This document shows positions 36,861-46,732 of a stretch of DNA of 50,537 nt, piece by piece. How positions within the stretch are numbered: the stretch's first letter is position 1; each line of letters opens with the position of its first letter. Made by a program: the position numbers and the translations under genes. The stretch covers positions 1 through 50,537 of IMG/VR virus record IMGVR_UViG_3300017971_000360, one strand, 5' to 3'. A model generated the notes under the pieces. The model was not told where the DNA came from and made no database searches. It saw only the letters and a program-made list of their open reading frames with translations. The DNA comes from a virus. Taxonomy: Duplodnaviria; Caudoviricetes.

Positions 36861-37733
36861 TTAATCATCCAGCCCTGTTATGACACAGGTGGCCTTTGCA
36901 TCAACTTCGTCGATGGCGGCCTCCTTCCACTCATATCCGTAATAGAAGTCCTTGAGTGGATTCCTCTCAGACCCCTGACGGTCAGTTGTTGTGAAAGGGA
37001 TGGTCTCGTGATTGACACCCATCCTGCCTCTGACTGAAACATACACCTTGTTGTCCTCGATGTATGAGTTCAGACTGTCCTCGAACACCACGAGCTCAAG
37101 ACCATTCGGGGTCAGTATCCTCTGGAGTTCACCCTGCTCGAGCAGAGATTTTCCTAGGAACTGGAATTCACGGAATTCCTTGAATGATATCAGGTTCTCG
37201 TACTGTGACTGATTCATCACAGCAATATCGGCCCGGAGACCGCTTGCTGCCCTGATCTTGCCTCGTGCTCTCTCCAAGTCCTTGAATGGATCGCCAGCTG
37301 TTGTGTCGGTCCAATCTGACCCGTCGAAAGTGCTTGCCCCTGAGATGTCCTTGATGGCGGTAAGAACCTTTTTCTCGTAATGTAGCCGCATCTCTCTTGA
37401 CATTCTGTCCATGTGATAAGACAAGAGATTGATTCTGCTCCACCATTTCTCCTCTGGGCCTAGTTCGAAGTAAGCTCCGAAACCCTTGACAACGCCGGCC
37501 TCTGTCTTGAACTGACCTGTGATCTTGTTGAAACCACCTGTTCCGGTAATCTCACCAACATCACCAACGATGTCCTTCTCGAAGATGTCCCTGTATTCTG
37601 GGAGTGGTTCGGGTATTGTCCTGAACAACTCTTGAGCCATTGCATCCCTCTTGTAAAGGATTTTCAGCATGGCGTGGATGTTGTCTGGTATCAAAGCCGG
37701 GTGGTTGTATCCTCTTACTGGTATTGTAGCCAT
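36861..37733 (-). CDS. Major capsid protein (HK97 fold inferred)
   Basis: 290 aa after scaffold and decoration genes; W.DTTAGDPFKDL...I...SG.RAD.AVMN resembles phage capsid E-like MCPs. Confidence 0.8.
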   Translation of the reverse strand: MATIPVRGYNHPALIPDNIHAMLKILYKRDAMAQELFRTIPEPLPEYRDIFEKDIVGDVGEITGTGGFNKITGQFKTEAGVVKGFGAYFELGPEEKWWSRINLLSYHMDRMSREMRLHYEKKVLTAIKDISGASTFDGSDWTDTTAGDPFKDLERARGKIRAASGLRADIAVMNQSQYENLISFKEFREFQFLGKSLLEQGELQRILTPNGLELVVFEDSLNSYIEDNKVYVSVRGRMGVNHETIPFTTTDRQGSERNPLKDFYYGYEWKEAAIDEVDAKATCVITGLDD

Positions 37734-37741
37734 TATCTCAC

Positions 37742-38179
37742 CTACCTCTCAAAGATTTCGATGTCTTCATCTGCATCTGCACCGTGCCATGCCTGACCGA
37801 TAATCTCAGCGACATTGTGAGTTGCGAATTCCCAACCCACGACACGGCCATTGACTGACCCAGCGCCCTGTTGCCAACGGACAAACTCACCAGCACCTAT
37901 AGTGCCGTTTGCCGTCCTCTTGACAAGACGCCTGTATGGTGTCTGAATGCGAATGACTCCATCTTGGCCGTTGACAAAGGGAACATCGGCATAGCCGAGA
38001 TATTTCCTGACAATGGCCTCGGTGGCTCCAGCACCAGCGGGAATCTGCTTGACGAGTCTATCGCCAGAGATGTACATGGCGGTGCCGACGGTGGTGACGT
38101 CCTCATCATCAACCGGAGCGTCAAAAAGACCATCCGGGAAACGCTTGACGACAATCGGTACTTGTGAATCATCAGCCAT
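37742..38179 (-). CDS. Capsid decoration/cement protein
   Basis: G/A/V-rich beta protein between scaffold and MCP. Confidence 0.65.
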   Translation of the reverse strand: MADDSQVPIVVKRFPDGLFDAPVDDEDVTTVGTAMYISGDRLVKQIPAGAGATEAIVRKYLGYADVPFVNGQDGVIRIQTPYRRLVKRTANGTIGAGEFVRWQQGAGSVNGRVVGWEFATHNVAEIIGQAWHGADADEDIEIFER

Positions 38180-38184
38180 TTACA

Positions 38185-39594
38185 TCACCCCTTTAGGAGC
38201 CACGGCATTTCTGTTTCCAGAATTTTCTGAGCCATCTCTTGAGTGCCGTTCTCAAGTCCGTGATAAACGGATAGATCGTGTGGCTTTCCACCAGGTCCAA
38301 CCGGACCGCCCAGGGCGTGTTCGGGAGCTTTATCCCTCAAGGCAATCGCCACTGCCTCTTTCGTAAGCGTAATCGAGTTGGCAATCTCTGTGTTGCTCAG
38401 GCCTTCGAAACGCTTTTCATCCAACCCAAGTTCAACCCCCTGCTTGATGAGGTCAGCTCTCTCTGCTGACTCCTGCCTCTTGAGATTATCATCAAGAGAC
38501 TGTTTCAAGGCATCGAACTCCTCTCGTGATACCGGGGCTTCCGGCTCAGGTGTAGGAGTCTCTGGCGGGGTTGACAGGGTATGTTCCTGTTCCTCTGCCC
38601 CCTCATTTTCGGGGGTTGTCTGTGGTTCATCGCTCATCTCTAATTCCTCCTTTGGAATTGCTTTGTCGAGAGAGAGTTTAAACGCTCCAAGTGTCTGCTC
38701 CAACCTTCTTGCGTTGGTCTTTGCTGGCACTGGGGTAGAGCTGGCTTCTCTCAAGACTGGGTTGACGACTTCAAATCGTCCTTCATCTTCATTTAGGGTT
38801 ATTCTGGTTTGCCAGCCACCAGAAATGAAATTGAGTAGTTCTTGCTCAAACAAGATCTGGGCTTGCTGCTGAACCTCAGTTCTCTTGTAGTGCTTTGATG
38901 TTATAATGGCCTTGACCTGAGACCCGTCCTTGCTGTATACAAGTTCCATGCCTGTTACGGGGCCAAGCTGATCAAGTGTCCTCCATGAATGGTCGAGACC
39001 ATGCGACACTGTGTAGTCCTTTGCAATGAATTCGTTGTACTGGTGTTCAATCGCCTCGATTGGCCAATACACGCAATTGTAAGCATTGTTGTCGATGAGT
39101 TCGAATTTGCGGATGGAATATTCACCACCTTCATCCACACCGTCTTCGACATGTTCAACAGTGATCTCACGATCGAATGCCAAGAGAATCTCGTTAGAAA
39201 GTAACTTGCCGTTCTCCCGACTGAATGTGATTTCGATTTCGCCATTACCTTCCATTATTTCACTGGCTTCAAATTGAATGATATCGTCGAAGTCCAAGAA
39301 ACCCCCATCTATTTCGTTCTCGATGAGGCTGTCTACATTTGATTTCTCTTTCTTCTGCTTGGAGGCTGGTTCAAACAGTATCCCACCGTGGCTTTTGCAA
39401 CGACTCTTGGCATCATTGGCAGACCAATGTTTCGTCCGATACCGATAGGCCTGAATCTTGCTCTTTCCTTCCTTTATCCCAAAGATGACGTCCACTGGTT
39501 TCTTGTTTTCTTTGTGGTGGTTATTGACCCTCCGGAAACGGTCAAATTCTTTTGGGCTCACCATTCTACATGAGTGCTCGTTTGGGAAAGGCAT
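38185..39594 (-). CDS. Prohead protease-scaffold fusion
   Basis: LDHS...LG, ISGGW, LREAS..PVPA (HK97-type protease-like); acidic linker and coiled-coil C-terminus. Confidence 0.7.
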   Translation of the reverse strand: MPFPNEHSCRMVSPKEFDRFRRVNNHHKENKKPVDVIFGIKEGKSKIQAYRYRTKHWSANDAKSRCKSHGGILFEPASKQKKEKSNVDSLIENEIDGGFLDFDDIIQFEASEIMEGNGEIEITFSRENGKLLSNEILLAFDREITVEHVEDGVDEGGEYSIRKFELIDNNAYNCVYWPIEAIEHQYNEFIAKDYTVSHGLDHSWRTLDQLGPVTGMELVYSKDGSQVKAIITSKHYKRTEVQQQAQILFEQELLNFISGGWQTRITLNEDEGRFEVVNPVLREASSTPVPAKTNARRLEQTLGAFKLSLDKAIPKEELEMSDEPQTTPENEGAEEQEHTLSTPPETPTPEPEAPVSREEFDALKQSLDDNLKRQESAERADLIKQGVELGLDEKRFEGLSNTEIANSITLTKEAVAIALRDKAPEHALGGPVGPGGKPHDLSVYHGLENGTQEMAQKILETEMPWLLKG

Positions 39595-39707
39595 TATAAT
39601 TCCACCACTACGGTATCGCCACTTTTAGCAGCGTTCTCCAAGTCCTTTTTGGACCCGACTTTCCTTGATGACCTCTTACCGAGGCAGTCATCACCTTTCA
39701 ATACCAT
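39594..39707 (-). CDS. Small hypothetical protein (37 aa, MVLKGDDC...)
   Basis: GGAG RBS; TAATG overlap with the protease start. Confidence 0.45.
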   Translation of the reverse strand: MVLKGDDCLGKRSSRKVGSKKDLENAAKSGDTVVVEL

Positions 39708-41124
39708 TTGTATCAACTCCGATTGAGGGTTTTATGGCCTCCCTCATGGCCATCGCAGAAGCCTCACTCTGACCACCTGCCAAGAGAGACATGTCTTCGT
39801 TGTCCTCCTCTGGCAAGCGTGTCCCTCTCTCCTCTGCAACCTGATGTCGACTCTTTACGAACATTCTGACGAGCATATCATCAACAATGGCGTAGTCGAC
39901 TGGATCGTAAATTGTGACGTCCGGCAAGATAATCTGTGGAATTTCATCGATTTTAGCCCCTGGTCTGAATTGTTTCACATAAGGTAGCCACAGTTGCCTC
40001 CGGAAACGCCGACTGTCCCTAGACCGGGTGGAATTCAAGAATGCGTTGTAAACGAATGTCTGATTGTTGATTGTGGCCTTGTTTGTCGACTCCCCGAGCC
40101 AAAAAGATGCTGGTATTCTTGTCAATATACGGATAGCTCTCAAGACATCATCACGATAATGGAGTGTGAAATTGTCAAGAACCTTCCCCTCGCTACCAAC
40201 CAGCTTTACATCCGTTGGGTCATCTGGGCCACTCTTACCAAGAACAATTATTGAACCAAAGTTTCTCTGCTTGTTTACAGATTCGATTGTCTCATCTATT
40301 TTGGCCTGTGCTTGGTCATCATCCAAATTCTCAACATTGACATACATGTATTCTTTTGTGGCCGCCTCTTTCTTAACAATCTTGGAGAAATCAACCATCA
40401 TGTCGAGCTTTGTTTCAACCAAGAGTTTGGCTACCTGACCGATGCCTACGCCGAATTTCTGATAACGCTGTGCGTGTGCTTTGAAATGTGCAATTTCGTC
40501 GACTCCGCCAAGGATTTCTCCACTGACCCCCTTTTCCTTGTATTTGTCCATGTAACGCTCATCGAGATAAATTGCATTCTCCTTGTTCTCCCTTCTGAAT
40601 GACCACCACATCGGTTCGTTGTGATCCCCGAAACCCATATCTACAATTTTTCCAGGATGAACCATGTCGTAATCGACCATCATTTTGCTTCCACGAGCAT
40701 CCTCCTCATATCTCTTTTGAACAATGGCATTTCCGAACCGGAGCTCATCGAATACTATATTGCTGTAAATCTCTGCGGTGTCACGAGATTCATCAAGTTG
40801 CAAAATAAGGTCCGTAACGGCATCGTTTTCTGGCTTCCCACCAATTCTCAGGTCTTTGACTGCATCGCTTGAAATCATGGTGAGGGCTGTAAATATGTCT
40901 TGGTCCCATGTCAGTTCCACAAGTGACTTGAAATCTGGAACTTTCGTGGTATCTATTCGGAACATATAACGCCGATTGGCCTTCCTCAAAAGACTTGGCA
41001 GATCTGGAAAACCCTTCGGAACTTCATCTCCACCAAGCATCATGTCGCTTGTAAGATCAAGGAATGGACTGCGTTGACTGTTTTCAACCCGTGGTATTTC
41101 AAAATCGATGACTGCCGAACTCAT
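39691..41124 (-). CDS. Portal protein
   Basis: 477 aa after TerL; FGNAI...; EIAHFK...FGVG; RIPASFWLG..TNKAT. Confidence 0.82.
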   Translation of the reverse strand: MSSAVIDFEIPRVENSQRSPFLDLTSDMMLGGDEVPKGFPDLPSLLRKANRRYMFRIDTTKVPDFKSLVELTWDQDIFTALTMISSDAVKDLRIGGKPENDAVTDLILQLDESRDTAEIYSNIVFDELRFGNAIVQKRYEEDARGSKMMVDYDMVHPGKIVDMGFGDHNEPMWWSFRRENKENAIYLDERYMDKYKEKGVSGEILGGVDEIAHFKAHAQRYQKFGVGIGQVAKLLVETKLDMMVDFSKIVKKEAATKEYMYVNVENLDDDQAQAKIDETIESVNKQRNFGSIIVLGKSGPDDPTDVKLVGSEGKVLDNFTLHYRDDVLRAIRILTRIPASFWLGESTNKATINNQTFVYNAFLNSTRSRDSRRFRRQLWLPYVKQFRPGAKIDEIPQIILPDVTIYDPVDYAIVDDMLVRMFVKSRHQVAEERGTRLPEEDNEDMSLLAGGQSEASAMAMREAIKPSIGVDTNGIER

Positions 41125-41134
41125 CTAAACAGCA

Positions 41135-41208
41135 TTATAATCAGGCGCATGTGTATTAAAAAGATTGTGGCTTCAACACAACTACTACTATATAATATAT
41201 ATAGTAGT
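41135..41208 (-). promoter_or_regulatory. Portal-operon promoter with upstream perfect 11-bp inverted repeat
   Basis: TTTTTAATA ~30 nt before ATG; ACTACTATATA-ata-TATATAGTAGT at 41184-41208. Confidence 0.55.
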
Positions 41209-41236
41209 TGCAATTTCTTACAAAAAGGGCTGGCTA

Positions 41237-41449
41237 TTATTCTTCTTTTTCCCTGTAGGTTTTTGGTAACTTCGGTCTTATAGAATTCACATAACCTCTC
41301 CCTATCCGATGACTGTAACCGTTGTCTATCAGCCATTCATTGATTTGCCCATTAGTAACCTTATGATATGAGTTCTTGCCGATTCCCTTTTGTTTCGCAA
41401 TACAACGAATGGCTTTCTTGAGAATTTCCTTTTTATCAAATTTAGCCAC
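41237..41449 (-). CDS. Small basic protein, possibly HTH DNA-binding
   Basis: GTG start overlapping TerL end; helical and K/R-rich. Confidence 0.55.
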   Translation of the reverse strand: MAKFDKKEILKKAIRCIAKQKGIGKNSYHKVTNGQINEWLIDNGYSHRIGRGYVNSIRPKLPKTYREKEE

Positions 41450-43367
41450 TGAAAGCCCTCTCAAGCGGTGAAATCCCATAGGCATCATGTTGAGGAATGG
41501 CGCCCATCGGAACGGAAGACCTTGCCCTTGTCTTGTGAACAGTCAACGCCCCCCACAATGCCATGAAATATGCCATAAGTGCATCGTCCGATTGTACTCT
41601 GCCAGCTTTAGGTGGCCCCAACTTTGGTCTAGGCCCAGTGTCGTCCATCCTCCAAGCCCTCATCTGCATATTTAAATCTCTGTCGAGATATGTTTTTATT
41701 CTGCCAACTTCCATAGCTGGTTTTATTTTCCCGAGCCATGTCTGCGATTTTCCTCCGAACTTTTTTGATTCTCCGACAGTCTTATATGGAACAACATTGT
41801 TAAATCCATGATGCTTCCGGCATAGATCGGCAAGGTCATTCTCGACATATTCTATTCCGACACCCATTGCATCCCCGACAATCATTTGAATATTAGGGAA
41901 ATAATTGAACAGGTCAATGACGGTCTCAACAACACCCTTTCGATAATCACCAGATGATGGGTCTCTTGTTCTGTATGGATTGCCGGCTGGGAATATGGTA
42001 GTATTTAAGTTCACAATTATATTGTCAGACAATTCTCCGACAACAGAATATGCTGCACGGTGCCTTTCTGATTTACCAAAGTCTACACCAACAAAGCATT
42101 TCATGTCAGCTGGATAATCAATTTTATAACCATCAACGGTCTCGTTAAATGGCAGTTTATAGACCTTTCTTAGACGGTCATCAGTAATCTGCCTTATCAG
42201 ACTCAATGGAATTGCATTTCCTGAATAGTCTTGTGTAGCACACATGTATTCTTGCATGAACAGAGTTTCTCCAAGGTCTTCGTAGTCCTCAAGTAACTCG
42301 TCATATGTCAGTCTGAAATCTGGAATTCTCTTGAAACAATCCGTGAAATCTGGTCGACCACGATCATCCTTTGGTAACTCGGCCAAACAATCGATGCTTG
42401 TAAAATTAGATGTCTCTCCTCTGCGATATCTGGTCAGAGTGTAATAATCACAGTTGTAACACACGGCCTTCTCATATCCCATTGGGCATACAACTGGTGC
42501 GAAATACTGCATTTTGGCAACCTTGCCTTTGTCATCAACTTTAACCTGATCGTCATGTAGCCCAGTTCCAGAACCAAAGGGTGTTCCAGACGTCCTCACA
42601 ATAAGGTGCTTCTTCCCCTCCTTTTTCGGCTGCCCTCGACCAGTGACCTTTGCCCTCTTGGTATCAACAGAATAGAGTGATTTTTCATCATAAATCTGCA
42701 TGTGAACGCCAAGACCACTAATGTTCTCAAGGCTTGAGGCCGTGTAAGTGAATATCGTAGACTGATTCTGGAACATTACCCTGGTGTCTGCATTTTTCAA
42801 GAGAGGAGTGCCACCGGACCAATTTTTTAGAAGGTCTGAATTGTACCACCATATATAGACCTCTCTCAGCCAATCTTGAGCAACTTCCCAAGACTGCTCT
42901 GCGACCTGAACAGCATAACCAGGATAAGCTATGCAGTTACGGAAAGCCACAACCCTATCTGAGAAAGATTTTGAACCCCTCCTAGTGATGGTCTTAACAG
43001 AATCACGAAATGGGTCCAACATGAGATGGAACTGAGTTGGCTCGGCAATGTATCTGTCGCCATCAACATCCATCAAAAGTGTTTCCATGAATATAACGGC
43101 CCCAACATCAATCTCATATTCCTTGACTTGGTTGTGTTCGGTGAGGTCCCAACTTATTTCGTTCATAATGAATTTTTTGTATTCGTCGAATCTGCCACCA
43201 CGATTAATGAGTTCCATGAGCAAATCATATTGGTCGACCTTCAATGTCTGATTGGATGGCCAATCAAAGAAACTACTGAAAGTTATTTCATCCATATCAC
43301 GCATTGCTTTGATAACATACTTCGATGTTATTGCATTTTTTAAGACATCCTCGGTTATTTCAGTCAT
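41442..43367 (-). CDS. terL: Terminase large subunit
   Basis: TRRGSKS Walker A-like, QIYDE Walker B, SGTP, FMQEY, VGVDFG and DDALMA nuclease residues. Confidence 0.88.
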   Translation of the reverse strand: MTEITEDVLKNAITSKYVIKAMRDMDEITFSSFFDWPSNQTLKVDQYDLLMELINRGGRFDEYKKFIMNEISWDLTEHNQVKEYEIDVGAVIFMETLLMDVDGDRYIAEPTQFHLMLDPFRDSVKTITRRGSKSFSDRVVAFRNCIAYPGYAVQVAEQSWEVAQDWLREVYIWWYNSDLLKNWSGGTPLLKNADTRVMFQNQSTIFTYTASSLENISGLGVHMQIYDEKSLYSVDTKRAKVTGRGQPKKEGKKHLIVRTSGTPFGSGTGLHDDQVKVDDKGKVAKMQYFAPVVCPMGYEKAVCYNCDYYTLTRYRRGETSNFTSIDCLAELPKDDRGRPDFTDCFKRIPDFRLTYDELLEDYEDLGETLFMQEYMCATQDYSGNAIPLSLIRQITDDRLRKVYKLPFNETVDGYKIDYPADMKCFVGVDFGKSERHRAAYSVVGELSDNIIVNLNTTIFPAGNPYRTRDPSSGDYRKGVVETVIDLFNYFPNIQMIVGDAMGVGIEYVENDLADLCRKHHGFNNVVPYKTVGESKKFGGKSQTWLGKIKPAMEVGRIKTYLDRDLNMQMRAWRMDDTGPRPKLGPPKAGRVQSDDALMAYFMALWGALTVHKTRARSSVPMGAIPQHDAYGISPLERAFSG

Positions 43368-43786
43368 TCCAATTTCGCCTTTGCATCAACAACGCCGGTG
43401 TCTATAAGCACCTTCCTGTTGATATCATCTAGTTCTCTATCTCGACCCTTCTTGTCTTTAACTGGGTCCCATATCTCCTTTCTGAGTGTAATTTTTGTTC
43501 CAAGACAGGCTCGAATTGTTCTTTCAGTGCTAGAATCATCTCGATCGCCTACAATCAGACGATATGCCCTTGATAGAATGCCTTCGACACGAACATAGTC
43601 TCTCAAAGCATCTATGGTCTCTATATCGGCATCCTGAAGTCTCGGATCGAAAATCAAAATCTGTTTTACAGCCTCATTAACCTTCTGTTCAAGCACTTGG
43701 TCTGTATCAGGAGCCACAAGCACATCATAGGCCTCTACAACCTCGGCTGAGAGTGCTGTTTCGGTCCCATCCGTCTCATCCGACAT
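43364..43786 (-). CDS. Putative terminase small subunit
   Basis: Helical 140 aa ORF coupled (ATGA) to TerL; first late gene. Confidence 0.55.
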   Translation of the reverse strand: MSDETDGTETALSAEVVEAYDVLVAPDTDQVLEQKVNEAVKQILIFDPRLQDADIETIDALRDYVRVEGILSRAYRLIVGDRDDSSTERTIRACLGTKITLRKEIWDPVKDKKGRDRELDDINRKVLIDTGVVDAKAKLE

Positions 43787-43789
43787 TAA

Positions 43790-43880
43790 GAATACTATAT
43801 AATCACACATGTATAAATATTTAATTATGATTAATCATATTATTACGATATATTTAAATATGCCATAGTATATTATGGTG
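43790..43880. promoter_or_regulatory. Divergent TATA promoters (late operon leftward, RHH operon rightward)
   Basis: Very AT-rich; minus-strand TTTATA ~26 nt before ATG 43786; plus-strand TATTTAAATA 43851-43860 followed by CCATA-N6-TATGG. Confidence 0.65.
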
Positions 43881-43962
43881 TGGCAACCCAACAGAGTTTT
43901 ATCCCATCCCTTCTGCACGGGTGCTAAAAAGGAGGGGAGGTAATACCTTCCCAGGTGATAAA

Positions 43963-44139
43963 ATGAAAAAAAAGACCATAATACTCTCTGTTCCGTTACA
44001 AGGTGTCAAGAAAGAAGACCACGGAGACGTCCTGAACAATGTTCGGGTAAGAATGGACAACGAGCTTGAGCGAATTGGAATGAAGCAAAAGGTCAATGTC
44101 ATCACAATCCCGGATTGTTCGGTTACGGTGGTGGAATAG
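43963..44139 (+). CDS. Small hypothetical protein (58 aa)
   Basis: GGTGATAA RBS and ATG. Confidence 0.65.
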   Translation: MKKKTIILSVPLQGVKKEDHGDVLNNVRVRMDNELERIGMKQKVNVITIPDCSVTVVE

Positions 44140-44276
44140 TGCCATCGACGTCTTTCAACCTCGACGATGATCTCTTGAAATTTTTGGATATGGAAACGGA
44201 GGAAAGAAATCTCGATAATCGTTCACAGACCTTGAGGGCGATATTGAGGGAAGAAAAGAAAAGAAAGGAGAAATAG
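44139..44276 (+). CDS. Ribbon-helix-helix (CopG-like) regulator (45 aa)
   Basis: STSFNLDDDLLKFLD...NRSQTLRAIL; missed by ORF track. Confidence 0.75.
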   Translation: MPSTSFNLDDDLLKFLDMETEERNLDNRSQTLRAILREEKKRKEK

Positions 44277-44278
44277 AT

Positions 44279-45049
44279 ATGAGTAAAGCAGATAGCGAGA
44301 CTGTCACCAAAGGCATTGACCTTGAGGGTGAAAACAGTTTATTGAATTGGGTAAGGAAAGCGGACGACAGTGTTCAGCAACTCTTTGAGGGCGACGAAAC
44401 GAAGGATGTGATTTTCACAGAAATCGAGAAAGATTATGAGATTTTCACAACCAAGGGGTGTTACGCCAAGATTTGCGTGGACGATTTCGAGAATCAGCCA
44501 ATAAAGGTTGATGACATGCGAGAATCGATGAAAAAGGATGGAACAAAGAAAGAGAATGGCGATGAGGCAGATATGTACATGTCAGCATACTGTTTCAACA
44601 AGATAACCGCCCTGAAGGATGAGAAGGTCGGAAGGGACCCAGTTTGGAAACTCAAGAATTTCCTCCATGAAATTGTTTTCGGTGGAATGACCGATTTGAG
44701 AGATAGCCCACCAGCTGGAATAAGCAAGGAGACCACAAAAGCCATTCATTTCCAGTGGGAGAGCTACAAGTACACGGTAAAGATGACGAAAGATGCCTAC
44801 CGGAAACTTGAGGTCAGGATTAACAAGATTCTCAAGAAGGCCAACAAATCAAAGTCTGTCGATGACATGCGGAAGGCTGAGAGCGTTCTTGTCCAATTCC
44901 TGCAGAAAAACCTGAAACTCAAGACTGGGCAATCAATCACGGCCATCGGTTTCGCCAACTACTACACAGTCATGTTCAAGGCGATATTCCCATCCGATTT
45001 CGGTACAGACACAAGGATCAAGAAGCTGAAAGAGGACGGTGACTGGTGA
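44279..45049 (+). CDS. Hypothetical protein (256 aa)
   Basis: GGAG RBS; long ORF; no motif recognised. Confidence 0.75.
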   Translation: MSKADSETVTKGIDLEGENSLLNWVRKADDSVQQLFEGDETKDVIFTEIEKDYEIFTTKGCYAKICVDDFENQPIKVDDMRESMKKDGTKKENGDEADMYMSAYCFNKITALKDEKVGRDPVWKLKNFLHEIVFGGMTDLRDSPPAGISKETTKAIHFQWESYKYTVKMTKDAYRKLEVRINKILKKANKSKSVDDMRKAESVLVQFLQKNLKLKTGQSITAIGFANYYTVMFKAIFPSDFGTDTRIKKLKEDGDW

Positions 45050-45330
45050 TGGGACAGAAAGAGGATTGGCTATGCGTGTGTGGGCATCCAGCCTCTGAAC
45101 ATCGCCGTGGTGGAAGTTGCCGAAAGAAAGGCTGTCTGTGCAAGTCCTATTCCATGGCCCCTCACGATCAGACCAAGTGCAACTGTATTTCTTGCCTCCG
45201 GGCCGAGATAACAACCCTCAAGAAGACACTCCGGACTATCGATGGTGTCCTACAAGATGACCTGTTACCTTTCAAAGACCGGGTAGAGAATGCGGCATTT
45301 GTTATCTTGGGACAGGATGGCGGAGATTGA
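45046..45330 (+). CDS. Cys/His-rich protein
   Basis: CVCGH...EH....C....CLC. Confidence 0.65.
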   Translation: MMGQKEDWLCVCGHPASEHRRGGSCRKKGCLCKSYSMAPHDQTKCNCISCLRAEITTLKKTLRTIDGVLQDDLLPFKDRVENAAFVILGQDGGD

Positions 45331-45552
45331 ATGTCTAGTCCGTTCTGTAAGAAATGCAAAAAACTCATTTGCAACGGAATCTGTGAATGTAACCGGCCAG
45401 TTGCCCCAAAGAAAACAAAGTGGCATGAGGGAAAGGTGCATTTCGGCTTTCTTGAGTCTCTGTGTGGAATGGGCGGAGACGGCCCGACTCTTACAGATAA
45501 GTGGGTTCAAGTTACCTGTGAAAAATGCCTCTCAAAGAGGGGCACCTTTTAA
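45331..45552 (+). CDS. Cys-rich protein
   Basis: CKKC..., H....LCG...VTCEKC. Confidence 0.65.
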   Translation: MSSPFCKKCKKLICNGICECNRPVAPKKTKWHEGKVHFGFLESLCGMGGDGPTLTDKWVQVTCEKCLSKRGTF

Positions 45553-46421
45553 ATTTTTAATTTTTCTACCAACACGGGTCTGTCTTTCTTAACCACGATC
45601 TTGATGAAACCGAGCTCGGATGGTTCGTATCCTCTTTCCTCAACATATGTCGACTCGTTTTCAATATATCCTCTGAGTAGTGAACCTGATGATGCAAACC
45701 ACCGGTCTTCTTCTGGTAGCCTGTAGATTCCTTTCTTTTTGTCGATCCATATTCTTGTTGGTTCGGTATAGCACTGAACGAGTTTTCCATTCTTATCAGA
45801 GGGGATATTCAATGCCCTGTTTGGCGCCTTGATCCTCATTTTATGGATGTGGTGCATTATTGACACATCACAATCAGCCCCCGGTAGCCGGACTAGCTTT
45901 TTCATAACTGAAAATGCCTCATTATTCTCCCTGGTAGCTTGGTCTCTTGCATATGATGTTACAGACCCATATCCATGCCAATCAAGCAACCGGAATCCTG
46001 GAAAGAACACCTTTGCAAGTGTACCAGGAACATGAATGCAATCAAGCATCTTTGCGATGTCTTCTGTGATGTCAAATATGTTCTTGAAACACAGTTCGTG
46101 ATTCCCACCCAAGATATATAGGAATTTATCACCAATTTCCTCATATAATTCAACAAAAAAGTCCCTCTGAGCATTTAATCTGGCAAATCTCCCTTCTCTG
46201 CCTGCGTGAACAGACAGGTTGAACCGTTTGTCAGTCACAGATATGGCTTCTGCTTGGTCCCCACCACTGGAAAAATAACAATGCTTCTTTTTCTTGATGT
46301 GTCTATTAATTTTTTTCAATTCCACAAGATCAACAGCAGAATTTCCTATATGTTGGTCCCCACCAAGAATTAATTCGAAATTGCTTGGCATCATTTCTTG
46401 AAATTTCAATATGTGTTTCAT
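45549..46421 (-). CDS. Calcineurin-like metallophosphoesterase
   Basis: GDQHIG, GGD, GGNHE, HG, HHIH, SSGS motifs. Confidence 0.85.
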   Translation of the reverse strand: MKHILKFQEMMPSNFELILGGDQHIGNSAVDLVELKKINRHIKKKKHCYFSSGGDQAEAISVTDKRFNLSVHAGREGRFARLNAQRDFFVELYEEIGDKFLYILGGNHELCFKNIFDITEDIAKMLDCIHVPGTLAKVFFPGFRLLDWHGYGSVTSYARDQATRENNEAFSVMKKLVRLPGADCDVSIMHHIHKMRIKAPNRALNIPSDKNGKLVQCYTEPTRIWIDKKKGIYRLPEEDRWFASSGSLLRGYIENESTYVEERGYEPSELGFIKIVVKKDRPVLVEKLKI

Positions 46422-46732
46422 CTTCTCATCCTCATTTTTTCTGAACAATAGCTACAGGTCTTATATTCGGGATGGCGATCGTTTTGCCGTGTGCAAGCCA
46501 CGCATCTGCCCTCTTTCAATATCCGTTCTCTATATTTTTTTACTTGGATACATCTCTTTTTCCGATATTCTGGATTTTTCATCATTTTTTGACGATATCT
46601 AGCTGTTGCTGCATTGGAATTACAGTTTCTACGGCAATATTTCGGCTTTTTTCCATTGAATTTGATTGCATTTTTTATTCTTTCTTCTGGAATTGGGTCT
46701 CCGCAATGTCTACATAGGAGGTTCTTCTTCAT
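46418..46732 (-). CDS. Basic zinc-finger protein
   Basis: CRHC...KYC...C; GRCVAC...CSYC. Confidence 0.7.
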   Translation of the reverse strand: MKKNLLCRHCGDPIPEERIKNAIKFNGKKPKYCRRNCNSNAATARYRQKMMKNPEYRKKRCIQVKKYRERILKEGRCVACTRQNDRHPEYKTCSYCSEKMRMRR

